From an uncultured Planctomycetaceae bacterium (GTDB taxonomy: Bacteria; Planctomycetota; Planctomycetia; Isosphaerales; Isosphaeraceae), in assembly GCA_963833985.1 (NCBI GenBank), contig CAWIAD010000001.1, forward strand, positions 1,632,001-1,696,000: a DNA stretch of 64,000 bases. Direction: 5' to 3'. A program made the position numbers and the translations under genes. A model generated the notes under the pieces. The model saw nothing but the letters and a program-made list of their open reading frames with translations. It was not told where the DNA came from and did not search any database. Shown in pieces: positions 45,053 through 55,425 of the stretch; within the stretch, counting starts at the first letter, position 1; every line of letters begins with the position of its first letter.

Positions 45053-45955
45053 TCAGCCCTTGAAGTCGTTATATCCGGGCGTGACCTGCTTGATGTTGGG
45101 CTCGATGTTGGCGTCCACCTTGCCGGTCGCCCAGCCCAGGGCGCCAAGCAGCAGGCCCTGGTACTTGGGGTTTTCCCAGACGTCCTCGCGGTGGCCCATC
45201 GAGGTGTAGAAGACGCGGCCCTTGCCGAACGACCGCGCCCAGGTCATGGGGTAATTGGGCCGCTGGTACATGCGGCCCTGCATTCCGCTGGTCACCTGGA
45301 CGAGGATCACGTGCAGGTCATCCGGCAGGTTCCGCAGCGAGTACCATTCGTCGTTGAGCGTGAACTGGCCCGATTCGCCAAAGCCCTTCTCCAGGCCGGG
45401 GAAGTGCGGATCCGCCACCTCGATCGTCACCTTCTGCTGGGCGCCATGGCCCGCGAACTCTCCGCCGATCATCTGCACGAACGGATCTTCGCCGCCCTTG
45501 TTGCGCGGCGGGTGATGGCCGAACGAGTCCGTCGCGGAGTGCATGCTGATGAACCCCTTGCCCCCGCGGATGGCGTCATAAAGCGCCTTCTCGCCGTCGC
45601 TGGAGAGGGGCGGGGTGCCATCGGTGCCCGGCCGGTTCAGGTTCCCGGTGGTGTAAAAGGCGAACGCGTCCCACTCGCCGATCTTGTCCGGCTCGAAGAG
45701 GGTCCCATCCTTCGAGGCCACCACCTCGAAGCCGTGCTCCTTGCCGATTTCCGTGAGTGTGCGCTCCGCCAGAGCAGGGTGCCCCTGCTTGTCACGGGTC
45801 ACCACGGAATGAGGAAAGCCGGAGCTCTTGGTGAAGAACAAGACCTTCTTGGTGCTTCCCTGGGATGCCCCCAGAGCGCGCCCGAACGCACCGGCACCCA
45901 GCCAGAGGGCGCCGCCGGCCAGCAGCAGCTCGCGACGGTTCAGATCACTCTTCAT
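45053..45955 (-). CDS. ThuA-domain protein with Tat signal
   Basis: NRRELL, SSGFPH, HSATD, GGEF..H, DEWY, GRVFYTSMGH. Confidence 0.9.
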   Translation of the reverse strand: MKSDLNRRELLLAGGALWLGAGAFGRALGASQGSTKKVLFFTKSSGFPHSVVTRDKQGHPALAERTLTEIGKEHGFEVVASKDGTLFEPDKIGEWDAFAFYTTGNLNRPGTDGTPPLSSDGEKALYDAIRGGKGFISMHSATDSFGHHPPRNKGGEDPFVQMIGGEFAGHGAQQKVTIEVADPHFPGLEKGFGESGQFTLNDEWYSLRNLPDDLHVILVQVTSGMQGRMYQRPNYPMTWARSFGKGRVFYTSMGHREDVWENPKYQGLLLGALGWATGKVDANIEPNIKQVTPGYNDFKG

Positions 45956-46532
45956 GATTCAGTTCTCCTCGGGAAGATCGATCGCTCGGGGCGGTCCCGC
46001 GGGAGAAGGCCGTGACGGCAGACGACCTGGACCTCGATGGACGGGGCGCGCTGCCCCTTGCTCGGGGGTCCGTGTCTGCCGCTCTCCGAACTGGCCAACG
46101 CCCGCGCAGCGCGACCGGTCAGGCGGGGAACTCCCCCGCGAGGCAGCGATCGCCACGCCTCTTCTGTCCCTTGTACCGCACGCCGGAACCGAAAGATACC
46201 AGTCAGGGCGCGAACGCGGCGCTCGCATGGCCGCCGCCGGGAACCCGTCCAGATTCACCTTCGCTCAGGCGGCTCACAGTCGGCCGCGCGGCCCGCGGCT
46301 CACCTTCCGGCCTTCCCGCCTTCCGCCCTCCCGGGCACTTCGCATTGAGGTTGCGTGAAGCGGAGCGGAGGAGTAATCTGTGGCTCGAATGCCAGGCTCG
46401 CCGCTGGCCGCTCGTGCCGGCATGCCCGTTCCGCCGGCGGCAAGTCCGAAGCTGCGTGCTGACCAACACCCTCGCACGGACGCTGACGCTCGGCTCAGGT
46501 GTCCGGCCCCATGGTCCGGAGACGTGATCAGG

Positions 46533-46838
46533 ATGCCTCAACTCACCGCAGCAGCGGAATCCACGGACCGCTCACGACTTGCTCGACTCTCGACGACCAT
46601 CCGCGGCCAGCTCCAGTTCATGGACTACCTCGTGCGCGCCGCCGTCGCCGATGTGGAGCGGTTCCACGACGAGACCGACCCGGGCACGCGCATCTTCATC
46701 AAGCAACTGGTCGAGATGCACACCGCCAGCCTGCGGCATGAAAGTCAGAATGCTCGCATGATGACCGAGCTGTGCGCCCTGCTGGAGGAGATCGTCAGCA
46801 CGCCCGTGTCCGCGAGCGGCTCCGGAGAAAACGAATGA
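46533..46838 (+). CDS. Hypothetical helical protein A (101 aa)
   Basis: GC3-biased codons; ATGA overlap with the next gene. Confidence 0.75.
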   Translation: MPQLTAAAESTDRSRLARLSTTIRGQLQFMDYLVRAAVADVERFHDETDPGTRIFIKQLVEMHTASLRHESQNARMMTELCALLEEIVSTPVSASGSGENE

Positions 46839-47194
46839 CCGCGTCCAACAATGGCATGCTCGACGACGTTTCCCTGCGGGACGACGATGACCCGGCCGAC
46901 GACTTCGACGAGGGGCTCGAATCCGCGCCCCGCTTCATCGTATCCTCCGAGCTCAGGCGATCGCTGGCCGAGGTCAAGGGACAGGCCCAGTTCCTGCTCT
47001 ACCTGGCCGACCAGATCGAGGAGTCGATCGAGCAGTTGACCCACGAATCCGACCACTGCCACGGCGCCTTCCTGTGCAAGGTCCTGGGAATGTATTCCAG
47101 CCAGCTCGAGACCAAGCACCAGGGGCTGGGCGAGCGCATCGCCGAGACCTGCCAGGAAATCTACGTGACCGTCCGCGAGCAGGAGCCGGGCTAA
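46835..47194 (+). CDS. Hypothetical helical protein B (119 aa), apparent paralog of A
   Basis: GGAG upstream, ATGA coupling, shared GQxQFxxYL motif. Confidence 0.78.
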   Translation: MTASNNGMLDDVSLRDDDDPADDFDEGLESAPRFIVSSELRRSLAEVKGQAQFLLYLADQIEESIEQLTHESDHCHGAFLCKVLGMYSSQLETKHQGLGERIAETCQEIYVTVREQEPG

Positions 47195-47325
47195 TAGATC
47201 CTCGCCTCCTGGAATGTGGTCCAGCCGCCCTCGGCTGGCTCGGTACGGCCGCGGGCGACCGTCCCACACTGGCACCATCACTCTGCCACCGGCCGCGGCG
47301 CACGAGCACCAGCACGACGCCACCC

Positions 47326-48066
47326 CTACCCGCGGACCCGGCTCACCCCCAGCCTGAGCAGGATCCAGAGCGCCAGGGCCGCCTCGCGTGAGTTGATCTT
47401 CGAGGTGCCGGAGCGGCGGTTCTCGAAGAGGATCGGGGTCTCACCGATCCGGCATCCGACCCGCTTGCACCAGTAGAGAATCTCCTCCTGGAACGAGTAC
47501 CCGCGCGACCGCACCCGGGTCAGGTCGATCTCCGCCAGCTTGCTCACGCGATAGCAGCGGAAGGCGCCGCTGTTGTCCTTGCTGTTCAGTCCCAGCAGCA
47601 GCCGGGCGTACCAGTTGATGCCCGAGCTCATGAACTTGCGCTTGAACGTGAAACCGCCCTCGACTCCACCTCCGGGCACGTAGCGTGAGCCGATCATCAC
47701 GTCGTACTCGCGCATGCCGTCCACCAGGGCCGGAATGAACCGGGGAGGATGGCTGAAGTCGGCGTCGAGGTTCAGCAGGTAGTCGAACTGGTTGCGAACC
47801 GCATAGCCGACCGCCTCGAGCATCGCCGTGCCCAGGCCCAGCTTGCCCGGCCGGTGCAGCACCTGAATCGACGACAGCGCGCCGGCCAGCTCGTCGGCAA
47901 TCCGACCCGTGCCGTCGGGTGAGTTGTCATCGATCACCAGGATCGAACACTCCGGAGCGAACTCGCGAATCGACTGCACGAGCGGCCTGAGATTGCCGGC
48001 TTCGTTGTAGGTGGCCAGTGAGACCAGCAGCCTGGGCCTGGCGGGAGAAGCAGGAGAGTCTGACAC
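47326..48066 (-). CDS. Polyprenol monophosphomannose synthase-like GT2
   Basis: TYNE, DDNSPDGT, KLGLG, DADFSH, GSRYVPGG, GYSFQ. Confidence 0.9.
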   Translation of the reverse strand: MSDSPASPARPRLLVSLATYNEAGNLRPLVQSIREFAPECSILVIDDNSPDGTGRIADELAGALSSIQVLHRPGKLGLGTAMLEAVGYAVRNQFDYLLNLDADFSHPPRFIPALVDGMREYDVMIGSRYVPGGGVEGGFTFKRKFMSSGINWYARLLLGLNSKDNSGAFRCYRVSKLAEIDLTRVRSRGYSFQEEILYWCKRVGCRIGETPILFENRRSGTSKINSREAALALWILLRLGVSRVRG

Positions 48067-48224
48067 TTGAGATCATCCAGTCAATCAGTGCAGCCTGTTC
48101 CCGGTGAACTCGGCGGCGGGGCGAAACTCCATCCTGACCCTGCCGCGGGATCGGTGGAAGCGGGGTCCGTCCTGAAGTCCGTGGCCGCTCGCCGACGCCG
48201 CGGATACGGCGCAACGGGTGCGGG

Positions 48225-48647
48225 TCAGTTCCTTTGGTTCGCCAGATTATCGCCGGAACAGAGGATGCGCCAAGCCGAGTCACCCCGGCGCGGGCGTTTT
48301 GCCACACACCCCCGGCGCTGCCGACGTCCCGACGCGGCGTTTGCCAGGACCTGCCGCCGGACCCATGAGGGAACGAAATCGCGGAAAGTCCAGATAGGCA
48401 GGATATGCCCAGCGGAGCGCCGACGCACCGAGTTGACGGCCTTGGCCATCCTGGGCATCTTGGGTATCTTGGCATGCATGCCACGGCGGCCACGGTTGCG
48501 CTTCGGTGGGTTGTGCGACGGCGGGCTCGGGGACGGGAACGGTCTCGGCGGGCTCAAAGCTGGCGTGCGAAGAGAAGCAGGTGCCACCTCAACTCCGATC
48601 GATCCCTGGGTGCGACGACACGACATCGTTTCGCTGCGGCGGGTCAT
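48225..48647 (-). CDS. Possible basic hypothetical protein
   Basis: GGGAGG before ATG; occupies an 870-bp gap; no recognisable motif. Confidence 0.3.
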   Translation of the reverse strand: MTRRSETMSCRRTQGSIGVEVAPASLRTPALSPPRPFPSPSPPSHNPPKRNRGRRGMHAKIPKMPRMAKAVNSVRRRSAGHILPIWTFRDFVPSWVRRQVLANAASGRRQRRGCVAKRPRRGDSAWRILCSGDNLANQRN

Positions 48648-48939
48648 CGATGCCAGCCCTCCCGGGAAGAGGGTGGCGCGGAAGCACCGGGGTGAACCGA
48701 AGTGGCGACACCTGCTTTTCGAAGGGCACGTATGACGGACCCGCACGTCGAATAACGGCGTGCCCGGACCGTTATGAAACCTTTCGGTCCTTGCTCGTGC
48801 ATTTCATCAATGGAACCCTGCGTTTCATTGGCCCGGCAGGAAGCTTCTCAGCGCGATGCCGCATGGACGCACGCCGCTCCGCCACGGCCTGGCACGGCCC
48901 GGCGCGGCCCGGATAAGACAAGCCGCCCGGTGCTGCTGC

Positions 48940-50333
48940 TCACCGCGACTGCCTGAGACGCGTGAAGAGCTGGCTATACGGTGCGTGATCGTGCGGGGTC
49001 TCCGCCCTCAGTCCCAGGATCTGGGCCGGCGGCGTCTCCTGGGAGGACTCGTCCTCATCCGGCCCGGCAGGCGTTGACGGCCGGGCGTGCGCTGCTCGGT
49101 CCGCGGCCGCTGTGGGTGGAGTCAGACGGTCGCGGTTCCGCGCCCACTCCGTCCAGGCCTGAAGGGCCGCATAATGGTCCTCGATCATCTCCTCGCTGGG
49201 GAGCTCGCTCGCCGGATCCTCGGCGTCGAGGTCGACGGGTTCGACCGCGCGACCCGCGCCGGCCTCAGCGACCAGGGCAGGGGGCGGTGCGCTCGGTTCC
49301 CCCCGGCCTCAGGCGGTTCGGGGAATGCTTCATCCTCGGCCTCGAGGTTACCCTCCCAGCCCACCTCGATCAGCCCGTCCTCAACCCGGAGCGGCGGCCT
49401 GCTTGGAACCAGCGACAGCGTCGATGCCGGTGCCGGTGTCGAGGTCGGCCCTTGCGGTGCCGTGCGGGAATCGTCCGCCAGCGGCAACGTGTGCGGCTTG
49501 CGCGGACGGTCCAGCCCGGGCGCCGCTTCGGCAGGCGGTGCGGGCGCCGCCGCAGCCGCGCCGGGCAAGGCGGTGGGAGCTCGCTCCCTGAGCGCCTGGC
49601 GTGCCAGGTTCAGGAGCACCCGGGGGTTGCCCCGGGCATCGCGGTGCAGGCCGTCCAGCGTTTCGCGGTCGACCGGGATCTGGCCGCCCAGGCCGCGCAT
49701 CAAGGCGACCGACTCGTCAAGATCCAGGGGCAGCAGGTGCACGTGCTTCTGGATCCGGGTGGCCAGGCCGCCGTGCCTGCGATCCATGAGTTTCCGGGAA
49801 AGCTCGGTCGGCCCGACCAGGATCATGGCGCCGAAGCCGTAGCCGAAGCCGGAGCCCTGCACGGATTCCATGGCGTGAGCCAGCGCCAGTAGCTCATCGA
49901 GCACCGGCGGCGGGGCGTTCTGGGCGTTTTCGATGACCAGCAGACAGTGCCGTCCCGACCTGGCATCATCCTGGAGCTCTCGTGCCACAGCGATCCGCGC
50001 TTCGGCCAGGCGGCCCCTGGGCTCGATTTCCAGTCCTTCACAGACCAGGTACAGGAAGCCGGTCGCATCGAGTTCTCCGGCCATGTCCACGGAGACCCAG
50101 CGCCAGTTTTTCGGCAGCTCCTCCACGAGCCCGCGCCAGACCCAGGACTTGCCCGATCCCGATTCGCCGGTCAGCAGCACCAGGGAAGGCTCGCCCTGCT
50201 CCAGGACGGCATGCAGTTGCGCAATCGCCAGACTGCGGCTGGAGACGGCAAGATCGCGCGCCCTGGCGCCTGGCCCTCGGTATGTGGGCCCTCGGTATGT
50301 GTCGTTCCGCCCGGCATCCCGGAATCCGTTCAT
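48940..50333 (-). CDS. ExeA-like AAA ATPase, probable frameshift at ~49290
   Basis: Walker A GESGSGKS, LLVIENAQ, ILVG, GNPR; tail IEDHYAALQAWTEW lies in another frame. Confidence 0.72.
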
Positions 50334-50606
50334 CGCTGTCCACGTCCTTTCCCTATCCATCCGGTGGAGGGGGCGCACCCGTTCCTCTCTTCTCTTAGTT
50401 CGGTGACCGGAGGGCACAGGCTTGAGCACGCTTGCAGGGGGACTTTCGGCCTGGCGCGCTGCGGCTCATCCCCAAATTGCCGTGCCCCTTCGGTTTTTGT
50501 TAGAATGGCGGTCCTGTGGAAACGAACGGATCGTAGGAAATGCCAGGGGCAATGCCCCGGGGACGGCCGGCGGGTGAACCCCCGGTCTCAGGGCGAAAGG
50601 TGAACC

Positions 50607-51500
50607 GTGGCAACCGATTCCGGTACCATCAACGACGACAAGATCGGGAGCTACCGGCTGGTCCGGGTGATTCACCCCGGCGCCACTTCCATGGTCATCG
50701 AGGTCGTCCAGGAGGCCAGCCAGAAGCGATTCGCGCTGAAGCAATTGCTGGCGTCTCGCGCGGCGGATCGTGAGGAGCGGAGGACCTTCGAGAACGAGGC
50801 CCGAATCGGCATGGAGCTGCGGCATCCAAACCTTGTCCGGGTCCACGAATATGTCAAGGACCCGGAGCAGCCCTACTTCGTGATGGACTTTTTTCCAGGC
50901 TACCACCTGAAGCTTCCCATTGCCCGCCCCTCCGTCTATCCCCTGCCCAAAACGCAGCTACACCGCATCCTGGAACAGGCGGCCGCGGCGATTGCTTACA
51001 TGCATGATAAGGGCTGGACACACCGCGACGTGAAGCCTGAAAACATCCTGGCGAACAAGTCCGGGGAGGCACGCGTGATTGATTACGCGCTTGCCATGAG
51101 GCCGTTTTCCGGTTTCCGCAAGCTCTTTGGCGGCAAGATCCCGCGCCAGGGCACTCCGAGCTATATCTCCCCCGAACAGATTCGTTGTGAGCCGCCCACG
51201 CCGCTCGCCGATATTTACAGCTTCGGTATCACCTGTTATGAACTAGCGTGCGGTCGTCCACCGTTCCGGGCCAATTCCCTGCAAGAGCTGCTGAACAAGC
51301 ACTTACAGGAACGGCCGGTGGCGCTGACCATGCATAACAATCTGGTCACCCCCGAATTCTCGGACCTGGTTCTGAAGATGATCACGAAGCGGCCGGCGGA
51401 CCGGCTGGCCAGCCTGCACGAGTTCTTGACACGATTCCGGTCGGTTCGGATCTTCCAGGATGACGCGGCCGCCAGCCCGCCCGGAAATGGACTGTTCTGA
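50607..51500 (+). CDS. Serine/threonine protein kinase
   Basis: FALK, HPNLV, HRDVKPEN, IDYAL, GTPSYISPEQ, DIYSFG. Confidence 0.93.
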   Translation: MATDSGTINDDKIGSYRLVRVIHPGATSMVIEVVQEASQKRFALKQLLASRAADREERRTFENEARIGMELRHPNLVRVHEYVKDPEQPYFVMDFFPGYHLKLPIARPSVYPLPKTQLHRILEQAAAAIAYMHDKGWTHRDVKPENILANKSGEARVIDYALAMRPFSGFRKLFGGKIPRQGTPSYISPEQIRCEPPTPLADIYSFGITCYELACGRPPFRANSLQELLNKHLQERPVALTMHNNLVTPEFSDLVLKMITKRPADRLASLHEFLTRFRSVRIFQDDAAASPPGNGLF

Positions 51501-51632
51501 AGCGTCTGATCTCAGGGTGAAGCTCTCCGGACCGTGGTGAGCCCATGCCCGAGGCGGACCGAACTCCCGACTCGCTCACGATCTGCGAACGGATTATCCC
51601 GCGATCCGGCCCTGGCCGAGGATCCCCCTTTC

Positions 51633-52676
51633 ATGCCGAGCCCCAGCGATCATCGGTTGCCCTTCGAGGCGCCCATCTACGAGATGGAAACGCGCCTGGG
51701 CGAGATGGAAACCCAGTACTCCAAGAGCCGCGGCGCGGGCGATACCTCCAGGATCGGCGAGCAGATCCGCCGGCTGCGCCGCGAGCTGGCCGCCCTCAAG
51801 CGCGAGATCTATTCCCATCTCGACGCGTGGCAGACCGTCCAGGTCTCACGGCACCCGCAACGGCCCCAGACACGCGATTACCTCGGCCTGCTTTTCGAGC
51901 AATTCCTGGAGCTGCATGGCGACCGCGCCATCGGCGACGACAAGGCCATCGTGACCGGCCTGGCTCACATTGACGACCTGAAGGTCATGTTCGTCGGCCA
52001 CCAGAAAGGCAAGAACCTCGCCGAGCGCACCGCCTGCCACTTCGGCTGCGCCCATCCCGAGGGCTATCGCAAGGCCCTGCTGAAGATGCGCCTGGCCGCC
52101 AAGCTCGGCCTGCCGGTGATCTCGTTCATCGACACCCCCGGGGCTTACCCGGGAGTCTCCGCCGAGGAGCGGGGACAGGCGGCCATCATCGCCGAGAGCC
52201 TCATGGAGATGAGCCAGATCCGCACGCCGATCGTCTGCGTGGTAATTGGCGAGGGAGGGTCCGGCGGAGCGCTCGGGATCGGCGTGGGCGATCGGCTGGG
52301 CATGCTTCAGCACACCTATTATTCGGTCATCAGCCCGGAAGGATGCGCGTCGATCCTCTGGAAAGGGAGCGAGCACGCCCCCAAGGCGGCCGCCGCGCTC
52401 AAGTTTACCAGCCGCGACCTGCTGCGCTTTGGCATCGCCGACGAGATCATCCCGGAACCCCCCGGCGGCGCTCACCGCGACCATCGCCTGGCCACTTCCA
52501 ATCTGAAGTCGTTCCTGCTCCGCCACCTCAGGGAGCTCAAGACCACCCACCTCGACGACCTGCTCGAAAACCGTTACCAGAAGTACCGCAAGATCGGCGT
52601 CTTCAGCGAATCCGTCGCACCGACGGAAGGCCTGCACGACCAAGCCGTCAACGGCAAGGCCGAGGCTACGGTCTGA
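51633..52676 (+). CDS. accA: Acetyl-CoA carboxylase carboxyltransferase alpha
   Basis: RHPQRP, ELHGDR, PEGYRKA, DTPGAYPG, GEGGSGGALG, YSVISPEG. Confidence 0.97.
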   Translation: MPSPSDHRLPFEAPIYEMETRLGEMETQYSKSRGAGDTSRIGEQIRRLRRELAALKREIYSHLDAWQTVQVSRHPQRPQTRDYLGLLFEQFLELHGDRAIGDDKAIVTGLAHIDDLKVMFVGHQKGKNLAERTACHFGCAHPEGYRKALLKMRLAAKLGLPVISFIDTPGAYPGVSAEERGQAAIIAESLMEMSQIRTPIVCVVIGEGGSGGALGIGVGDRLGMLQHTYYSVISPEGCASILWKGSEHAPKAAAALKFTSRDLLRFGIADEIIPEPPGGAHRDHRLATSNLKSFLLRHLRELKTTHLDDLLENRYQKYRKIGVFSESVAPTEGLHDQAVNGKAEATV

Positions 52677-52784
52677 GCGTCGCGCTCCAGAGAGCGGTGC
52701 GCGAATTGTCTTTCCTTGCGGCGAGTACCAGTCGTCGCTCGCTGGCGATACTCTCCCAGCAACCCCGGTCGGTCGGGTCCCGGC

Positions 52785-55336
52785 TCACGGCCGGGCATAC
52801 CAGAGGGACTGCCAGTATTTTCGCTCCGTGGCATAGACGTCGATCGGATCGCTTGCGGTCACCGCGGCGTCGAGGATGCCGAAACGCTTCATCTCGCGCA
52901 CCCAGTCAACGCGGGGACGGAAGCCCGGCATGTCGAACCGCGTGACCTGCTCCAGGTAGGTCTTGCCCGCCGCGATCATGACCAGCAGTTTCTGGTAATC
53001 CGGGTCGGCCGTTGTGGCGAAGGCCGGCGCGGGTTTCCCGGACCTGGGGTCGCGGCAGAGCTCCCACCCGCCGCCGGAGCCGGCAAGGGGGGAGAGCAGC
53101 ATGAGCGACTTCTGGGGCCGGGAGAGGTTGAAGACGATGTGCCGGCTGGTGTTCAGCCGCCGGTCGCCCATCCTGGGCTGCCAGAAAGAGACGCCCGTCT
53201 CATCGCAAAGGCTTCTCGGCAGCGAGCGGCCGCGATGGTCATGGCAGACTGCGCACCGCTTCTGGAACACCGGCGCCGCGGCAAGCGTTGCGGGCCAGTC
53301 CGTATCGACATTGACCATGCTGTTCTCGGCATAGTTGCCGATCATGCCGGTGCCCAGCGCGGCGTAGGTACCGGGATAGGCGGCTCCCGAGTCGATCCAG
53401 AGCCGGAGCAACGTCTTCTGCTGCGGCGTGGCCGAGACACCGTGGTGAGTTCCTCCCAGCAACGTGAGCAGCCGGCTAGCCGATGATCCGAGATGCCGCG
53501 GCGGGTAGTTGCTCCGGGGCATGTTCCGGCCGTCGGAGAACAGCCTGGCGATCGTCATCATGTAGTAGCTCTGACTGTACAGCGGACCGTGATCGCCGCT
53601 GAGAATGAGCCCCCCGGCCGCGGGCCTCCCGCCGGGGTGGGCTCATAACCATGGCAGCGCACGCAGAGGGCGTCGAGAACCGGCTGCACGTCGCGCGGGT
53701 AGTCGATCACCTCGGGCACGCCGGCAACCGGCTCGATCTTGCTGGCAGGCCGGCGCACGGCCAGCGAGGCCAACGCAGCGTACGAGTTGTCGGGCGTGCG
53801 CGTGCGTTGCTCGTGACAACCGACACAGCTCGAAGTCTCGCCCGGCTGAACCGTGAGAAAGCTCTGCATCCGCTTGACCGAGAGCTGGTTCCTGTCCAGC
53901 GCGACGAAGAAGAAGCTGCGCAGGGCGGGCAATTCCAGATAGGCCGATCCGTCCGGTTCCACGGGGACCGTACCCACGATGCGCTCGAGCGTGAAGGTGC
54001 CGCCATAGCTGATCGGCTCCATGCCTCCGGTGTAATGGATGGGCATGGGGAGCGATTCCAGGACCAGCAGCGACCTGATGTCTCCGGGCTGAACACCCTC
54101 CATGTTGCGGCCCTGGTAGATGTTCGCCAGGGCCAGCCGCCCGGTTGCCGCCCCTGGCTCGACCCGGTCCGCGATGACCACATCGCGGCGCCGTGGTGCC
54201 AGGGGACGCGGTTCGTACAGATGCATGCCGGCTTTCGCGTCCTGATCGGGAAGGCGAAAGAGCGTTTGTTGTTCGCCCTTGCCGTTCATGACCACGAGTT
54301 CCGTTCCGAGCGCGGCCATGAAGCAGTTTTCCGAGAACGCCCAGGGGTCGCAGTACTGATCGCCTCGGCTCACTCGCCGCACCGCGGCCGGCTGGTCGGG
54401 CCCGGACCGGGGATCGACCACGCAGATGGCCCCGGCATGTTCGGGCTGGCCGTGGCCGGGAGAGAAGCTCGCCACCACCTTGTCGCAGCCGGGAATGGGC
54501 TTGGCGTCAATCATCACGGTTCCCGGGTGCTGGTTGCCGAACCAGACCATCTGGGCAGTGCCGTCCGGATTCGCCGTCCAGAGGTGGTGGTAGTCCACCT
54601 GGCTGCGATCCACGTATTCCCAGCGGGTGTAGAGAACTCGCCCGTCGGCAAGCGGCCAGGGTGTGTTGTCCTGTTCGTTGTTGCTGGAGATGGGACGGAT
54701 GTTGCGGCCCTTGCGATCGCAACGGTGCATGATCGCCACCTGTGTCAGCCAGCAGTTGACCCAGCGCTTGCAGCGGGTCGATATGAAGACGATGTCGCCT
54801 CCGGGCAGGTAAGTCGGCTCGAAGTCGTCGAAGTCGCCCTCGGTGAGCTGGCGCAGGCCCTTGCCATCGGCGCCGATCTCGAACAGGTGGTACGTTTCGG
54901 TTCCCCCACGGCGGTAACTGAAGAGGATGGTCGTGCCATCGTAGCTGACCTGAGGGTCGCGCACTCCGCCCCGCGGGTCGTCAAGCAGCGTGCTGAGCTG
55001 GCCCGTCGCCAGGCTCCACTTGTAAAGCCTCGCTCCCTCACGCCAGGCCTTGCGCGCGGGGTCGTGCGCGTAGTAACCGATGTTGGCGTACCAGTGCCCG
55101 TCGGTCTCGTTCATCCTCCGCGCGGCGAAGACGACGTCCGTCACTCCGCGCATCGGTCCGGCGCGGGACTGCTCGATCAGCGTCTTGCCGGCCGTGGTTG
55201 GCACGGCGGACCCCGCATCGCCCGCGGCCAGCACCACCGTGGAACCGAGGCACGCGAGGAAGCAGACGCAACCGCGCAGCATTTTCCGCGAACGGGTCCG
55301 CGGCCCACGAAAATGAGGAATCGAATAAGCTTTCAT
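52785..55336 (-). CDS. HzsA-related protein (propeller + hydrazine synthase alpha middle-domain-like + three CxxCH), frameshift at ~53618
   Basis: YTRWEYVD, GTVPVEPDGSA, ALD...KRMQSF...PGE..SCVGCHE, CVRCH, CAVCH; bridging frame reads AGGLILSGDHGPLYSQSYY. Confidence 0.78.
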
Positions 55337-55425
55337 AACGGCACCTTTTTCCAGACGGGTTGCGCCCGCAAGCGTGCGGGCCGAGGATGGCTCACCGGGT
55401 GGGGAGGGAGGGCCAGGTATCGTCT

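Noticed and set aside
46116..46148. GGTCAGG...GCAGC resembling SRP RNA
   Set aside because: Lacks the CCGGAAGGAAGCAGC core and a convincing closing helix
48440..48475. 9-nt imperfect repeats (CCAAGAT-like on the minus strand)
   Set aside because: Short, degenerate and low complexity; no supportable function
50272..50301. 15-bp tandem duplication GGCCCTCGGTATGTG x2
   Set aside because: Only two copies, in frame (TYRGP x2), no spacers; not CRISPR
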